Notes: a model not told the origin generated them from the letters alone. Counted from the first letter of the whole stretch, positions 11,901 to 25,828 are shown. The stretch: DNA of 63,583 nucleotides, filler included, from Welwitschia mirabilis (GCA_051453625.1; 7 parts of one record of this genome joined end to end with filler, not necessarily neighbours in it), one strand, 5' to 3'. Numbers and translations: made by a program.

Positions 11901-13769
11901 TTTATGGCTAGAATGTTATTACAAATGAATAATTCTCCTTAATAAATCAATACCTATGATTTTTTAAGTTGTTTTAATTTTTATCCAAAATTCTAAAAAA
12001 ATTTATAAATGGAATTTTTTATATTCATGACACATACATTTGTTTTATCTAATATATTCTTAAGATATTATGGATCTAGTAATAAGTTTTAGTTTTAGTG
12101 TCATTAGACAATTTTGTGTATGAAACATTTGGTTTTATATTTGCGTCTATGAATTAATTAATTAATTTTTAATTTGATTTATTTATGGATTAATATAATT
12201 CTTCTAATACCTTTGATACCCCATCATAATTCATAAATCTAAACTTCCTTATATTTAGTCTTCAAATATAAGTTTCATATAATTTAACATATCTGATTTT
12301 AGTTAAGGATTTAATGAGTCTATTTGTAATCTAATTCATAAGTTTAATATATTTATCATAAATTAATTTGAAAGGAGGTTTCACATTTCTCTAGGAGGCT
12401 ATAAGGTTTGAGTGATCCTTTAAGTCTAAAAATAAAGTTATATATGTAACATATTTGGATTTAGCAAAATGATATAACTATTATATTCTATTTGAAGATA
12501 AACCATAACATTTTGAAGTCACATTAATTGACTACATATTTTGTAATTGATATAACATGTTCTAATCCTATTGAATTTACATTACAAAAACCTCTTGGTT
12601 CTTCATCCATTATTTATAGCTCAAGTCTTAATTTCTTAGATTTGACAATATATTTTATTGAAATACATTTCCAACAACTGAATAAAGCATTATAAAGAGA
12701 TATTCTATCACTAGGATANNNNNNNNNNNNNNNNNNNNNNNNNNNNNNNNNNNNNNNNNNNNNNNNNNNNNNNNNNNNNNNNNNNNNNNNNNNNNNNNNN
12801 NNNNNNNNNNNNNNNNNNGACATATACATTTATTTTATCTAATATATTCTTAAGATATTATGGATCTAATAATAAGTTTTAATTTTAGTGTCATTAGATA
12901 ATTTTGTGTATGAGATATTTGGTCTTATATTTAGATTTATGAACTGATTAATTAATTTTTTAATTTAATTTATTTGTGGTAACATATCAAGAGCAGCGTA
13001 AAGCTGGCGTCACATAGGCTACCAACATACTAGGGGGTATGATGGCATGCAATAACCAAACTTTGATGTATGATTCTTCTAATATCTTTGATACCCCATC
13101 GTAATTCATAAATCTAGACTTCTTTATATTTATTCTTCAAATATAAGTTTCATAGAATTTAACATATCTGATTTTAGCTAAGGATTTAATGAGTCTATTT
13201 GTAACCTAATTCTTAAGTTAAATAGATTTATCATAAATTAATTTGAAGGGAGGTTTCACATTTCTCTAGGAGGCTATAAGGGTTGAGTGATCCTTTAAGT
13301 CTAAAAAATAAAGTTATATATGTAACATATTTGGATTTAGCAAAATGATATAACTATTATATTCTATTTGTAGATAAACCATAATATTTTGAAACCACAT
13401 TAATTGACTACATATTTTATAACTGATGCAACGTGTTCTAATCCTATTGAATTTGCATTACAAAATCCTCTTGGTTCTTCATCCATTATTTACAGTTCAA
13501 GTCTTAATTTCTTATATTTAATAATATATTTTATTGAAATACATTTCCAAGAACTGAGTTCATAACTATAAAGCATTATAAGAGCTATTCTATTATTGGG
13601 GTATAACATTAGTCATTTCTATCTATTTTATTATGTTAAATGTTAAATTTAGTGATTCTACATTAGATGTCATATGTAGAGTGAGTGTGATTCTATTCAT
13701 TGCATAGTTTATTTATCTAAGTTCTTACATTAATCAAATAGATTAACTGCCTAGTTAACTATTGACATA

Positions 13770-14403
13770 GTTCTAGGTTGCATGGCTCTAAGTATTAATG
13801 TTTCGATGTTATTTCAAAATTCATTAGAATAAATTTTATCTTATAGTTTTATATTTCACTTATTTACTAGTTTTAGGAAGTATTTCTCTTAGTGCGTAAT
13901 TAAAATTTCTGTTTTATTCATGTTTGAAATTCTAAAAAGTTTTTTTAATAATTATAAATCTAACATTTATTCTTCATTTTTTACAATAAAAGCTTTTATT
14001 TAAAAAGATAAACATTTTGTAGTAGATTTGTTTTATGCAATCATAAATTGAGAGTCATCACTTATGTTTATCTCTAAGATCATATGTGTAAGGATCACAA
14101 ACATAGTTTAAAATCTAAATTTAGTTTTTTAATTTTTATCCATCTTGTTATAAGAAGAATCCCATAATGTTGTAATATTATATCTTATATACTACAATAG
14201 TGGTCAGGGAATGTTTGCAGTGGACAAAAGATATTAATAAAGAATATTCTTTCTATCAATTTGGATTATGCAAATATTTACAATCCAATTAATTTGGATT
14301 TCATTATTCAAGTTCTACCTAAGTATGTCTTTGGTCCTAAATTACTTTATATGGTTACTTATTTATTTGTGATGCTAATGCTCGAATAGCTATAAATTTT
14401 AGT
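13770..14403 (+). pseudogene. Degenerate LINE type 2 RT, further unit copy
   Basis: Colinear copy of 6370-7170, including the ECLQWTKD and LDYANIYNPINLDFIIQVLPKYVFGPK segments. Confidence 0.7.
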
Positions 14404-17400
14404 NNNNNNNNNNNNNNNNNNNNNNNNNNNNNNNNNNNNNNNNNNNNNNNNNNNNNNNNNNNNNNNNNNNNNNNNNNNNNNNNNNNNNNNNNNNNNNNNN
14501 NNNNNGAATATTTAGAGTAATACTAAGAAGGGTATTATTCTCTTTGATCTTAATAATCAAATTCTTAGTACATATTTTTCCTAATGATTCCTTCTTTTTG
14601 GTCAATAATAATTCTATTAATACTAATCAATGTTTATACTAAACTAACAATAATTTCTATCTTTTAGTATCTTTTATTAATTGTTTAAAATCATTTGTCT
14701 ATATTTTCACATGAAATTATTAAAATTTATCAAGTAAGAGTTGAAAGTTAATGTAGGATTAAGACATTCTNNNNNNNNNNNNNNNNNNNNNNNNNNNNNN
14801 NNNNNNNNNNNNNNNNNNNNNNNNNNNNNNNNNNNNNNNNNNNNNNNNNNNNNNNNNNNNNNNNNNNNNNCTAATCAACTTTTATACTAAACTAATAATA
14901 ATTTCTATCTTTTAGTATCTTTTATTAATTGTTTAAAATCATTTGTCTATAATTTCACATGAAATTATTAGAATTTATCAAATAAGAGTTGAAAGTTAAT
15001 GTAAGATTAAGACATTCTTAAGATTTTAGCTATTTCTTTTAGTTTCTAAGTTTTTTCTTCTTTCCTTTTAGATTACACTCTTCTTGGAGTTTAAAAAAAA
15101 ATATTAAAAATGGAAAACAAGATCTCCTATCCTATCAGATAAGATCCTAGTTTATAAGACTATTCTAGTTTCTACTCATGCTTATTATTCCCTTTGTTAG
15201 GCACTTTCTTAGATGATGTACAAGAATTAAAGTTTTTATTTAGGAATATGATATAATCATCTAAAAATTCTCAAAACGTNNNNNNNNNNNNNNNNNNNNN
15301 NNNNNNNNNNNNNNNNNNNNNNNNNNNGGTTTAGGTTATATGAATTTTTAATCATGGTCTTGTGTTGATGAACTAGTAGCTTTTCTAGAATCTAGATTCT
15401 TAAAATATTACTAGGAAATTATTATAGCTCCATCTTTAGAAAGATTTTCCACAAAATAAGCCCTTTTGGGAATGCATTTAATGTATTAATTTGATTGTCT
15501 TTCCACAAAAAGCTAATATTTAAGCATAAATGTTTTTCATAGTATTTAAAGAGCTTGAAAAGAATCATGTGGATTAATTGATTAGGAAATTAATTTTATG
15601 CATTTAAATATCCTTACTTATGTTTGTCCTTGATGGCTATTATTATCACCTACTTTAATTTCTTTCATGGATGTTAGGTTATCAACTCATTTATATTAGA
15701 AAGATGTTATATTTCTTAATTTTGTAAGCTTAACAGATCATAGTTTTTCTAAGAATAATTAAAAACTTTTGATAGCGCTTCTTCCATCATGTAGCATTTT
15801 GTTTTTAGAATCCAAAATTTTCTTATTCAAGAAGTGAATTTAGACAATGACAAAGAATATTTATTTAAGGTTATCAAGTGGAATATTAACTTAGTAATTT
15901 TTACATATAAACCTTTTACATTTTGTAGTTAATTCATAGTTCATTTGCTTTTGTTTCTTGTTATTACATATACTTTAGCATAAATATGAACATGACCATT
16001 TCTAGTAAATGCCTTTATAAAAATTTGGAAACTTTTAGTACTTCCAAACGTTAAGTATTTTCTTTTGTATTTTCTTTATCAATTTTATTTATTGATACCA
16101 AAATTTAGCAGATGGATATTTTTAAGCTAGTATGCCCTTAGTTTAATATGCCTAAAATTTTTAATCACGTTTTCTAGCAATACTCTTATACTACAAAAAA
16201 ATATATTTCAATATGCAAAATACTCTAGAATATTTAACTTTTAAAAAATTTAGTATTCTTTATCTTTCATCCAAATAGCACTACTCATCTCTAATTTCTT
16301 TAGATATTTGTTCATCTTATTAATTTATCTCAAATTTGCAAGTGCAAATGCAATCTAGCATTTCATAGGATCAAGTATTTCCCTTTCCATCATTTGATTA
16401 TTTAGGAAAAAAACTATTATTTTTGAAATATTTAACTTCAACTTTAAACTCAAGAGGAGAAGTCCTAACTTAAGGTTAGTTACCTTATATAATTTATGAA
16501 GCCTTTCTCAATGGATCATAGTTGGTTATCANNNNNNNNNNNNNNNNNNNNNNNNNNNNNNNNNNNNNNNNNNNNNNNNNNNNNNNNNNNNNNNNNNNNN
16601 NNNNNNNNNNNNNNNNNNNNNNNNNNNNNNNNNNNNNNNNNNNNNNNNNNNNNNNNNNNNNNNNNNNNNNNNNNNNNNNNNNNNNNNNNNNNNNNNNNNN
16701 NNNNNNNNNNNNNNNNNNNNNNNNNNNNNNNNNNNNNNNNNNNNNNNNNNNNNNNNNNNNNNNNNNNNNNNNNNNNNNNNNNNNNNNNNNNNNNNNNNNN
16801 NNNNNNNNNNNNNNNNNNNNNNNNNNNNNNNNNNNNNNNNNNNNNNNNNNNNNNNNNNNNNNNNNNNNNNNNNNNNNNNNNNNNNNNNNNNNNNNNNNNN
16901 NNNNNNNNNNNNNNNNNNNNNNNNNNNNNNNNNNNNNNNNNNNNNNNNNNNNNNNNNNNNNNNNNNNNNNNNNNNNNNNNNNNNNNNNNNNNNNNNNNNN
17001 NNNNNNNNNNNNNNNNNNNNNNNNNNNNNNNNNNNNNNNNNNNNNNNNNNNNNNNNNNNNNNNNNNNNNNNNNNNNNNNNNNNNNNNNNNNNNNNNNNNN
17101 NNNNNNNNNNNNNNNNNNNNNNNNNNNNNNNNNNNNNNNNNNNNNNNNNNNNNNNNNNNNNNNNNNNNNNNNNNNNNNNNNNNNNNNNNNNNNNNNNNNN
17201 NNNNNNNNNNNNNNNNNNNNNNNNNNNNNNNNNNNNNNNNNNNNNNNNNNNNNNNNNNNNNNNNNNNNNNNNNNNNNNNNNNNNNNNNNNNNNNNNNNNN
17301 NNNNNNNNNNNNNNNNNNNNNNNNNNNNNNNNNNNNNNNNNNNNNNNNNNNNNNNNNNNNNNNNNNNNNNNNNNNNNNNNNNNNNNNNNNNNNNNNNNNN

Positions 17401-17619
17401 NNNNNNNNNNNNNNNNNNNNNNNNNNNNNNNNNNNNNNNNNNNNNNNNNNNNNNNNNNATTATACGAAATAATTGTTACTACTAAATATTTAATAAATTA
17501 TAAAATATACAAGATGACTTATTAAATCAATTATATTCTCCTTAGTAACTCTTTTATTTTAGATACATAAGCCTAGATAATCATATATGATTAATTTCTT
17601 TAATTTAGGATAGTATTAA

Positions 17620-18589
17620 TAATGAAATAGAAATTCTTCCAAATCTTAGTAGTAAATTGTCTTGTTTATTTGACAAAACATATGAAGGAATTAAAAGATT
17701 AACTTTAAGAAAGCTAGTAGATGTNNNNNNNNNNNNNNNNNNNNNNNNNNNNNNNNNNNNNNNNNNNNNNNNNNNNNNNNNNNNNNNNNNNNNNNNNNNN
17801 NNNNNNNNNNNNNNNNNNNNNNNNNNNNNNNNNNNNNNNNNNNNNNNNNNNNNNNNNNNNNNNNNNNNNNNNNNNNNNNNNNNNNNNNNNNNNNNNNNNN
17901 NNNNNNNNNNNNNNNNNNNNNNNNNNNNNNNNNNNNNNNNNNNNNNNNNNNNNNNNNNNNNNNNNNNNNNNNNNNNNNNNNNNNNNNNNNNNNNNNNNNN
18001 NNNNNNNNNNNNNNNNNNNNNNNNNNNNNNNNNNNNNNNNNNNNNNNNNNNNNNNNNNNNNNNNNNNNNNNNNNNNAAAGTATTTGATTTAACTACTAGA
18101 AATAAAAATTAATAATTATTATATAATTTTGAAGTTCTATCAAACGTTATAATTTGTAAGTTACAAGCTATATAAAGAGGCCAATATGTAGCTTAAAACA
18201 AAAAAGGAACAAAAATATTATTAAAGAATCATGCTTCATAAATCTATTGATGTTAACCAATATTGCCCTTTTTTTCCTACATTTTTAAAGATTTCTAGTG
18301 ATGAACTAAAGGTTTGAATAAATAAAAACTCTCCCAATCATTCAATAAAAATAGGAAATTATCCCATAAATAATTTATTCTTTGTAGATGATATTGCAAT
18401 AATTTTTAAAATAAAGCTACATATTTTAAATAAATTTTACCAATTTTCTATAATTAATGCTAATAAGAACATCAAATTTATGGTTTGCAACATTTGTGAT
18501 ACTAATTTTTCTTTTCAAATTTGAAATGGACATGTGGAAAATATTTTTCTTGTGTAAATACTCAAGCTTAAAATGGTTATTAAAATTAG
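17620..18589 (+). pseudogene. Degenerate LINE type 1 RT, third unit copy
   Basis: Colinear with 5170-5931 and 9499-10180; reads IDVNQYCPFFPTF and NNLFFVDDI. Confidence 0.7.
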
Positions 18590-18689
18590 NNNNNNNNNNN
18601 NNNNNNNNNNNNNNNNNNNNNNNNNNNNNNNNNTTAATTAATTAANNNNNNNNNNNNNNNNNNNNNNNNNNNNNNNNNNNNNNNNNNNN

Positions 18690-19150
18690 TAATTGGACTT
18701 TGGTTCTGTATTAGTTTATCTACTGATGATCTGTCTATAAAGTGCCATAGACTAGTTCTGAATACGTTATCTGCTTATGTTGTCTAGATGATTAGGAGGA
18801 CGATTGAGTTTGTAGATTGATCTCAGCTTGTCTACAAATTATCTAGACATGAACTTTTGTTATTACCTAGCTGGAGTCATTGTTCTAAATGTTGTCTGAA
18901 CGATTGAGGGGATGACATATTTTTCTTGATCTTTAGTTATTTTGATTGCTCGTTGTTTGTAAGAATAATTATCCAAAATGATACTTACTCATATATTCAT
19001 AAAATGCTTGTGAATTATCTGATAATTGCATGTTTTCGTCTTGTGCTCCTTGATTCTCGATTTTCATCAAAACTAAGCATTTATCTGTTAGTTTATCTGC
19101 AAAACAACTCAAAATACCCTACCAAATACACATAAGTTGATGTCGCAACA
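18690..19150 (-). mobile_element. 5' part of an Athila-like LTR (minus strand)
   Basis: The reverse complement begins TGTTGCGACATCAAC..GTATTTTGAG, resembling the LTR starts at 47622, 49325 and 51451. Homologous to 57462-57647. Confidence 0.6.
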
Positions 19151-21530
19151 AGGATTCACCTAGAAATGTAGATAACATAGCATATTAATATCTCCAAATC
19201 AAGTATTATAGATATGAAACAAATCACACTTAATAACAAAAAATGGAAACTTTATTTTTCTATTAAAATGAAAAAATTATAGCACATCAAAGAAGAGAAC
19301 TTAACTTAATAATGAAACATCTAGCTAACCTTGAGGCTAGTCCATTCTTAAAAGGGAAATTTATAAAGGCTTCTTCACTTGAAGAGAAGCACTTTTGCGA
19401 AGTGATAATTTACAAAGTACAAAGCTTGACCCTTTTTACAATAAAGGCTAAGGTTGGAATACTTTGAATTCCTTGTCCTTTTATGTTGGATGATATGGTT
19501 GATATTTCATCTTGTAGTGTTTAGTGGAGTGATTGAGATCTTTATCTATAACATTTGGTAGAATGACTAAAATGTTCATCTTGTGGCATTAGAGTAGTTG
19601 AAATATTTCTCATGGAGTTTTTGGTGAAGATTATCATGACAAGCCCAATACATAACATTTGGAGAAAAATTCCTCCACTAATTAATGTCATCACTCCATC
19701 TCTATAGCATAGTTATCGCTTTGTATGGAGTTGAATTCATCTTTGGAGATGTGTTTCAATAGGTGATTAAAATCTTAAAATCATTACAAATAAAAGTGTA
19801 AATTAATATATGACCAAAAAGAAACAAAAGGCATATTTTTATAATAAAACTATTAAATTAATATCTTTACCTATGCTAAATTGGCCCGATATACTTAAGA
19901 AAAATGTCAATTTTTACATGTTATCATATCCCCAAATCAAACTTTTGTTAGTTCCTTAAAAAAAGCATGATAAAGAATGTCTAGTATATAAAAATTTATA
20001 AGAAAAAATTCAAATAAAAGAATGATAAACTTGAAAAATTTAACCTTAATACGAATGTCATACTCCTCAACCAAAGTTGAAGTTTATCCTTGAACTCTAA
20101 AAAGATGGAAAAATTAAATATAAAATTTAATAAAAAGTTGATACAACTTTAAAAGAAAAATTATTCATTACATATCATTTTATTTCAAATGGAAAAAGAT
20201 GCAAGGCAATACAACTAAGCTACAATGCAAAGAAGAAATCTAACTAATGAAAAATCATTATCTCTGTCTTCTAACCAATATTTTCCTTCTAGAAATTTAA
20301 GAATTATTTTCCTAGATAAACATAATGTAAAAGATTAATTCATAATGAAAACATTCATAACCCATGACTTTCTTTCTCATAGAATGGGGATGAGGTGAAA
20401 ACNNNNNNNNNNNNNNNNNNNNNNNNNNNNNNNNNNNNNNNNNNNNNNNNNNNNNNNNNNNNNNNNNNNNNNNNNNNNNNNNNNNNNNNNNNNNNNNNNN
20501 NNNNNNNNNNNNNNNNNNNNNNNNNNNNNNNNNNNNNNNNNNNNNNNNNNNNNNNNNNNNNNNNNNNNNNNNNNNNNNNNNNNNNNNNNNNNNNNNNNNN
20601 NNGCCTCCAATTCTCACCTTAATTTTCAGTATACTTTCCCTTCTACAATCAGAAGCATACTTCTCTAGAATAGATTGGAATCATGATCTATGCGATTTTG
20701 GATTGTACTTTAAAGGAAAATAGTTTATAGTAGAACCTAGTCATCATAATTCATAGGAGTGAATCTATGTGATTCTATGATCATGTGGTTCACTTATTGA
20801 AAAAATGTGTAGCACACTATTGGAAGAAAGAATATTATAGTAAAAAAGATTACTTGAAATAAAATAAAGAATTCTAGATAAAAAATGAAGATTTTATATA
20901 GGAGTATAGAATGGATGATAACTTTACAAAATATTCCTCATATTAGAAAAGAACATTTGATGTGTGCTTTGGGAACTAGAGAAGTGAAAGTTCTTTAATA
21001 AAGATGTTCAAAGATGTCTAGAAATTTGATTCCAAAGATAAACAAAATCAAGAAGAAATGGAGGATTCTATTAAGCCTAAAGAAGATGAGAGTGATAATT
21101 TTATATCTAAATTTATAAGGTCTATAGTTTGGATTTTTAAATATAGCAACATTAGTAGAGAAATTATACTTCTCCATCAGGAACTTCTTTAACTTTGAAG
21201 ATCCAGTAACAAGTTAATTAAAATATTTTAAATTTTATTACTTTAGCAAACTCTAATGTTGAGAGTGTAATCTATTCTATCTTTAAGTTTTATGAAGCTT
21301 TATAATAAAAGTAGAGGTTTTCATATAATATATTTTCCTAATCTATAAATCACGATTAGAAATGTTTGATGCTTTGTTCACAACCTTTCATAACTTGATT
21401 GCTAATAACATATTAACTTCTCAGAGAACTCACATAGACTCATACTTTACTTAGTTAATTATGTGATTTTATCTAAAATTATTAATAGTACTAAATACTA
21501 ATATTATAGTTTATAATTTTATGAGTTATT

Positions 21531-21534
<4 letters not shown>

Positions 21535-21581
<47 letters not shown>
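21535..21581 (+). repeat. (AC)n microsatellite, at least 23 units, running into a gap
   Basis: Directly visible. Confidence 0.97.
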
Positions 21582-22889
21582 NNNNNNNNNNNNNNNNNNN
21601 NNNNNNNNNNNNNNNNNNNNNNNNNNNNNNNNNNNNNNNNNNNNNNNNNNNNNNNNNNNNNNNNNNNNNNNNNNNNNNNNNNNNNNNNNNNNNNNNNNNN
21701 NNNNNNNNNNNNNNNNNNNNNNNNNNNNNNNNNNNNNNNNNNNNNNNNNNNNNNNNNNNNNNNTAATCTTAGTTACCATCTAGGATTAGGATTTTTTTTT
21801 CCAATAAAGTTAAGCATGTTATCCTTGAATCAATCAGTGTTATATTACTAGTGAGTATCTATAGTTTCAATGTAGTTGAACAAGTCATAAGTAGATAGTT
21901 AGAGCTACATTTGCTAGTAAGTGTTTATAGCCTTAATGTATTAACTAGATCTAACAAATCAATCAAAGATAAAAATGTGATTTTTAAGAAGAGATATTAT
22001 TTCATTTTTAATTCTACTTCTCATATATAATTTTTTATGCACATGGAAGGGTCATTAGCTTATTAGCCTAATTCAGAAATATATTATTTTAAAAAATGCT
22101 TAGAAAAAAAAATACAACGTGAAAATAGTTTTTACCTTTTTTTCCATTTTTCTTTTTCTAAATTGAATACCTTAAGTGAATGTAAGCTTTAATAACATAA
22201 TCCAAAAGAATCATAACTTTCTCTCAAAAGTCATAAGTACATCTAATCTTAACTAATACTTAAAAAATAAGAAGATTAATTATTACTAATTTAATTATTA
22301 AAGGCCATTAATCAAGATTATTAAGTCTTAGAAACTCATAAGTAAATGGAATGGGTTAATAGTTTATAGACTTAATGGAATTATTTGAAAATGGAATGGG
22401 TGAATTAAAAGGCTTAAAGGAATGGTTAAATAAGTGATAATGTTTTTGTATCTTCTATGAGATAAGGATTCTTGAACAACATTTATTTTTTTATGAAATA
22501 ATTTAACTAACACAAGGCTAAGCTATTCCAAAAAGAAAATATTCTAATGAAATGCAAGATGAAAACTCAGCAATATTATGACCATTAGGCTTAAAATGAA
22601 GAGATTGGAAATCAAATAATGGTATAAAAAGGATAATGTTTTCATAGTTTAGAAATGAGATGTTAAGTACAAAAATTACGATATAAATGTTTAAAATGAA
22701 ATGTTTTTCAACCTATAGCATCTTTGTATTTTTTCAACAATTCCTTAAAGGGTTATTCTAAAGTAGTAGAAGGGTGATTTTCATAATTAGAATTATATTT
22801 CAAAGATAACTAAGTAGAAGAATTTTTTTTTCATCACAAAAGTATTTAATATTATGGATTCCATAAATAAAATCCACCTTATCATTATT

Positions 22890-23300
22890 ATCACTTGGTT
22901 ATTTCATGATATTAAAAGTTTTTAAATCCACTATCATATTATTAAATAAAATTTTCAGTAGACCATTCTTGTAGTTAATAAATGTGTTAGAGGTGATAAG
23001 GAAAGGTCTCCCTAAAATGATAATAATTGAATGGTGCTTCGTTGAATTCATTTCTAAAACAATGAAGTCTAACTAGGAAATAAAAATTATCTAGTTGAAT
23101 AATTACCTCTTCTACTATTCCTAGTAGTAACTTTAAAGAATTGTTATCTAACTACAATTGTTTTTATTTGTTTAAGATAACTTAAGATAGTTCCTTATAA
23201 ATTTAATGGGATAAATAATTAATTCTCATTCCAAGATCTAACAAGGCTTGTCTAGGATTTTTATCACTTATTGTAATGGTTGTAACTGGGTAGCTAGGGT
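22890..23300 (-). pseudogene. Athila-type Ty3/gypsy aspartic protease relic
   Basis: Minus strand, read through frameshifts, gives ALLDLG, GIVEEVIIQLDNFYF, DFIVLEM and IILGRPFL. These match the Athila protease motifs ALLDLGAS, GIVEDVLVQV, PVDFIVLD and IILGRPFL. Confidence 0.85.
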
Positions 23301-23353
23301 CTTTATTATAAAACCCCAAAATTTCATTACTGCAAGATCTTCATAAACTTGAT

Positions 23354-23482
23354 GCTCTAATATCAAAATGTAAAGACCTAAACTTCTCAAGTTGAAAAAT
23401 CATTTAAACTTACTGTAGCTCTGATACAAAAATGTGAAATTCCAAATTTTCAAGTTGCAAAACTTCAAAATGTAGAGCCCAA
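23354..23482 (-). mobile_element. Two tRNA-iMet PBS-like motifs with adjacent LTR-end sequence (nested LTR element relic)
   Basis: gctctaatatca (23354-23365) and gctctgatacaa (23418-23429) approximate the reverse complement of TGGTATCAGAGC. Each is followed by aa-TGT. Confidence 0.45.
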
Positions 23483-25055
23483 NNNNNNNNNNNNNNNNNN
23501 NNNNNNNNNNNNNNNNNNNNNNNNNNNNNNNNNNNNNNNNNNNNNNNNNNNNNNNNNNNNNNNNNNNNNNNNNNNNNNNNNNNNNNNNNNNNNNNNNNNN
23601 NNNNNNNNNNNNNNNNNNNNNNNNNNNNNNNNNNNNNNNNNNNNNNNNNNNNNNNNNNNNNNNNNNNNNNNNNNNNNNNNNNNNNNNNNNNNNNNNATCT
23701 CAAGAATTTGTAAATTCCTTTTGTAAGGGCTCTCTTTAAGATGATCCTCTTCTCCATGATAAATTAAGTTAGCTTTTAAATCGTACTTTCCTACTAACTG
23801 ATCTTATAACCCCTAATTAATTTCAAGAGGAAAAGTAATTTCTTTTATTTTTTGAGATTTAAATTCCTTTGGGAAGGAGGAAAAGTCTCTTGTCCACATT
23901 TTTAAAAAAAATATGTTACAAACTTCTAATAGATTTAAGAAAACATCAACTTATCACAAAATCTTTCAAGGTTTTCCAATAAAATTTTTCAATGCAAGTT
24001 TTCAATTATAATATAATAATAATGCACAAATTAAAGTCTATTTCAAAAAGATACCTAAGAATCCACAATCTTCCAATTCAATATCCAATATAATATTTCA
24101 CATACACGGGTAGAGATCCAAGATTTTAACAAATTTTATCAGATAACAACTGGAAAGTATAACCTCCAATAAAAAAATTTTATTTCAAGAAGAAAATCAT
24201 CATTTCATATAAAAATGCAAGCCATACAATTATGAATAAATAGAGCTTCTCTCTCATCAAAATGACAATTAACATATTGACTATTCATATAATCAGATAA
24301 TTAACTCCAATACCCAATGAGATATAATATTCNNNNNNNNNNNNNNNNNNNNNNNNNNNNNNNNNNNNNNNNNNNNNNNNNNNNNNNNNNNNNNNNNNNN
24401 NNNNNNNNNNNNNNNNNNNNNNNNNNNNNNNNNNNNNNNNNNNNNNNNNNNNNNNNNNNNNNNNNNNNNNNNNNNNNNNNNNNNNNNNNNNNNNNNNNNN
24501 NNNNNNNNNNNNNNNNNNNNNNNNNNNNNNNNNNNNNNNNNNNNNNNNNNNNNNNNNNNNNNNNNNNNNNNNNNNNNNNNNNNNNNNNNNNNNNNNNNNN
24601 NNNNNNNNNNNNNNNNNNNNNNNNNNNNNNNNNNNNNNNNNNNNNNNNNNNNNNNNNNNNNNNNNNNNNNNNNNNNNNNNNNNNNNNNNNNNNNNNNNNN
24701 NNNNNNNNNNNNNNNNNNNNNNNNNNNNNNNNNNNNNNNNNNNNNNNNNNNNNNNNNNNNNNNNNNNNNNNNNNNNNNNNNNNNNNNNNNNNNNNNNNNN
24801 NNNNNNNNNNNNNNNNNNNNNNNNNNNNNNNNNNNNNNNNNNNNNNNNNNNNNNNNNNNNNNNNNNNNNNNNNNNNNNNNNNNNNNNNNNNNNNNNNNNN
24901 NNNNNNNNNNNNNNNNNNNNNNNNNNNNNNNNNNNNNNNNNNNNNNNNNNNNNNNNNNNNNNNNNNNNNNNNNNNNNNNNNNNNNNNNNNNNNNNNNNNN
25001 NNNNNNNNNNNNNNNNNNNNNNNNNNNNNNNNNNNNNNNNNNNNNNNNNNNNNNN

Positions 25056-25828
25056 GTTTTTCTTATATAATAAAACATAACTGACTTATAGGAATTTTAT
25101 ACGCATTAACCAAATGAATACGAAAGAACATCAAGAAATGACAAGAGAATAAAGCCATACATAGCATAATGATTTCTATATATATTACATAAGATTAATT
25201 AACAAGAAAGCATAGAAGTAAAGAATCACATAATAAACACAACAATCTTAATACAGAATGCATAAGAAAGGATCAACAAGGAAGCACAAAAGAGTAGAAC
25301 CATACATACACATAATGATTTCAATACTGAATGCATAAGAAAGGACCAATAAGGAAGCACAAGGGTTAAGAACCATATTGATTTTCAAGAACTCAAGATC
25401 TTTGTAAGTCTTCAAGGATTTTCCAAGCTCCAAGACTCTGTAGCAAAAGGTTTCTCAAAATGAAAGTGAGGAAAAAGGAGGAGGAGAGTCCTATTTATAA
25501 TTGAGGTGTGGTGGAATGTGAAAAGTCACAAGAGTATGAGGACAAACGAAAGTTGGTAAAGATTCCTTGCATATGAAGACAAAATATCATGAATGAGGTT
25601 AATTAAGAGAGGGGTTACATAACATATCATAAATGATTTCCTAGCCACTGAGTTCTTTTAACAATATAATCAAGATAATGCTTCATATTTAATCATGAGA
25701 AAAAGAAATAAATATATGTCTCCATAATAAACATTCAATTTAGCATTTACTTTCAACTGCATAAGTAAATAAAAGATATTATTTGCACCACAAGAGCATA
25801 TAAGATTGGGTACAAACATTGACATAAA
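25056..25828 (-). mobile_element. LTR-like fragment with TATA box and a ~73 bp internal duplication
   Basis: ctatttata at ~25490 (TATAAATAG on minus) precedes a CT-rich leader. aatac(a/t)gaatgcataagaaagga.caa.aaggaagcacaa occurs at ~25249 and ~25323. Confidence 0.45.

Larger units (their letters stand above)
3642..18589 (+). repeat. Tandem array of a ~5.6 kb unit (about 3 copies visible, broken by gaps)
   Basis: The block 'agattttccacaaaataagcccttttg...' recurs near 3652, 7915/8252 and 15442. 'atgttctaatcctattgaatttgcattacaaaa' recurs at 6032, 12557 and 13432. 'gatgaactaaaggtttgaataaataaaaactctcc' recurs near 5875, 9885, 10935 and 18300. Block order is the same each time. Confidence 0.85.

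Noticed and set aside
3642..18589. Tandem array as an endogenous geminivirus or caulimovirid concatemer
   Set aside because: No Rep, coat or movement protein, or caulimovirid RT motifs were recognised; the readable motifs are non-LTR RT.
23697..24332. Possible chromovirus (Tekay-like) protease/RT relic on the minus strand
   Set aside because: Only faint echoes (KEITFPLEI); too degraded to support a call.
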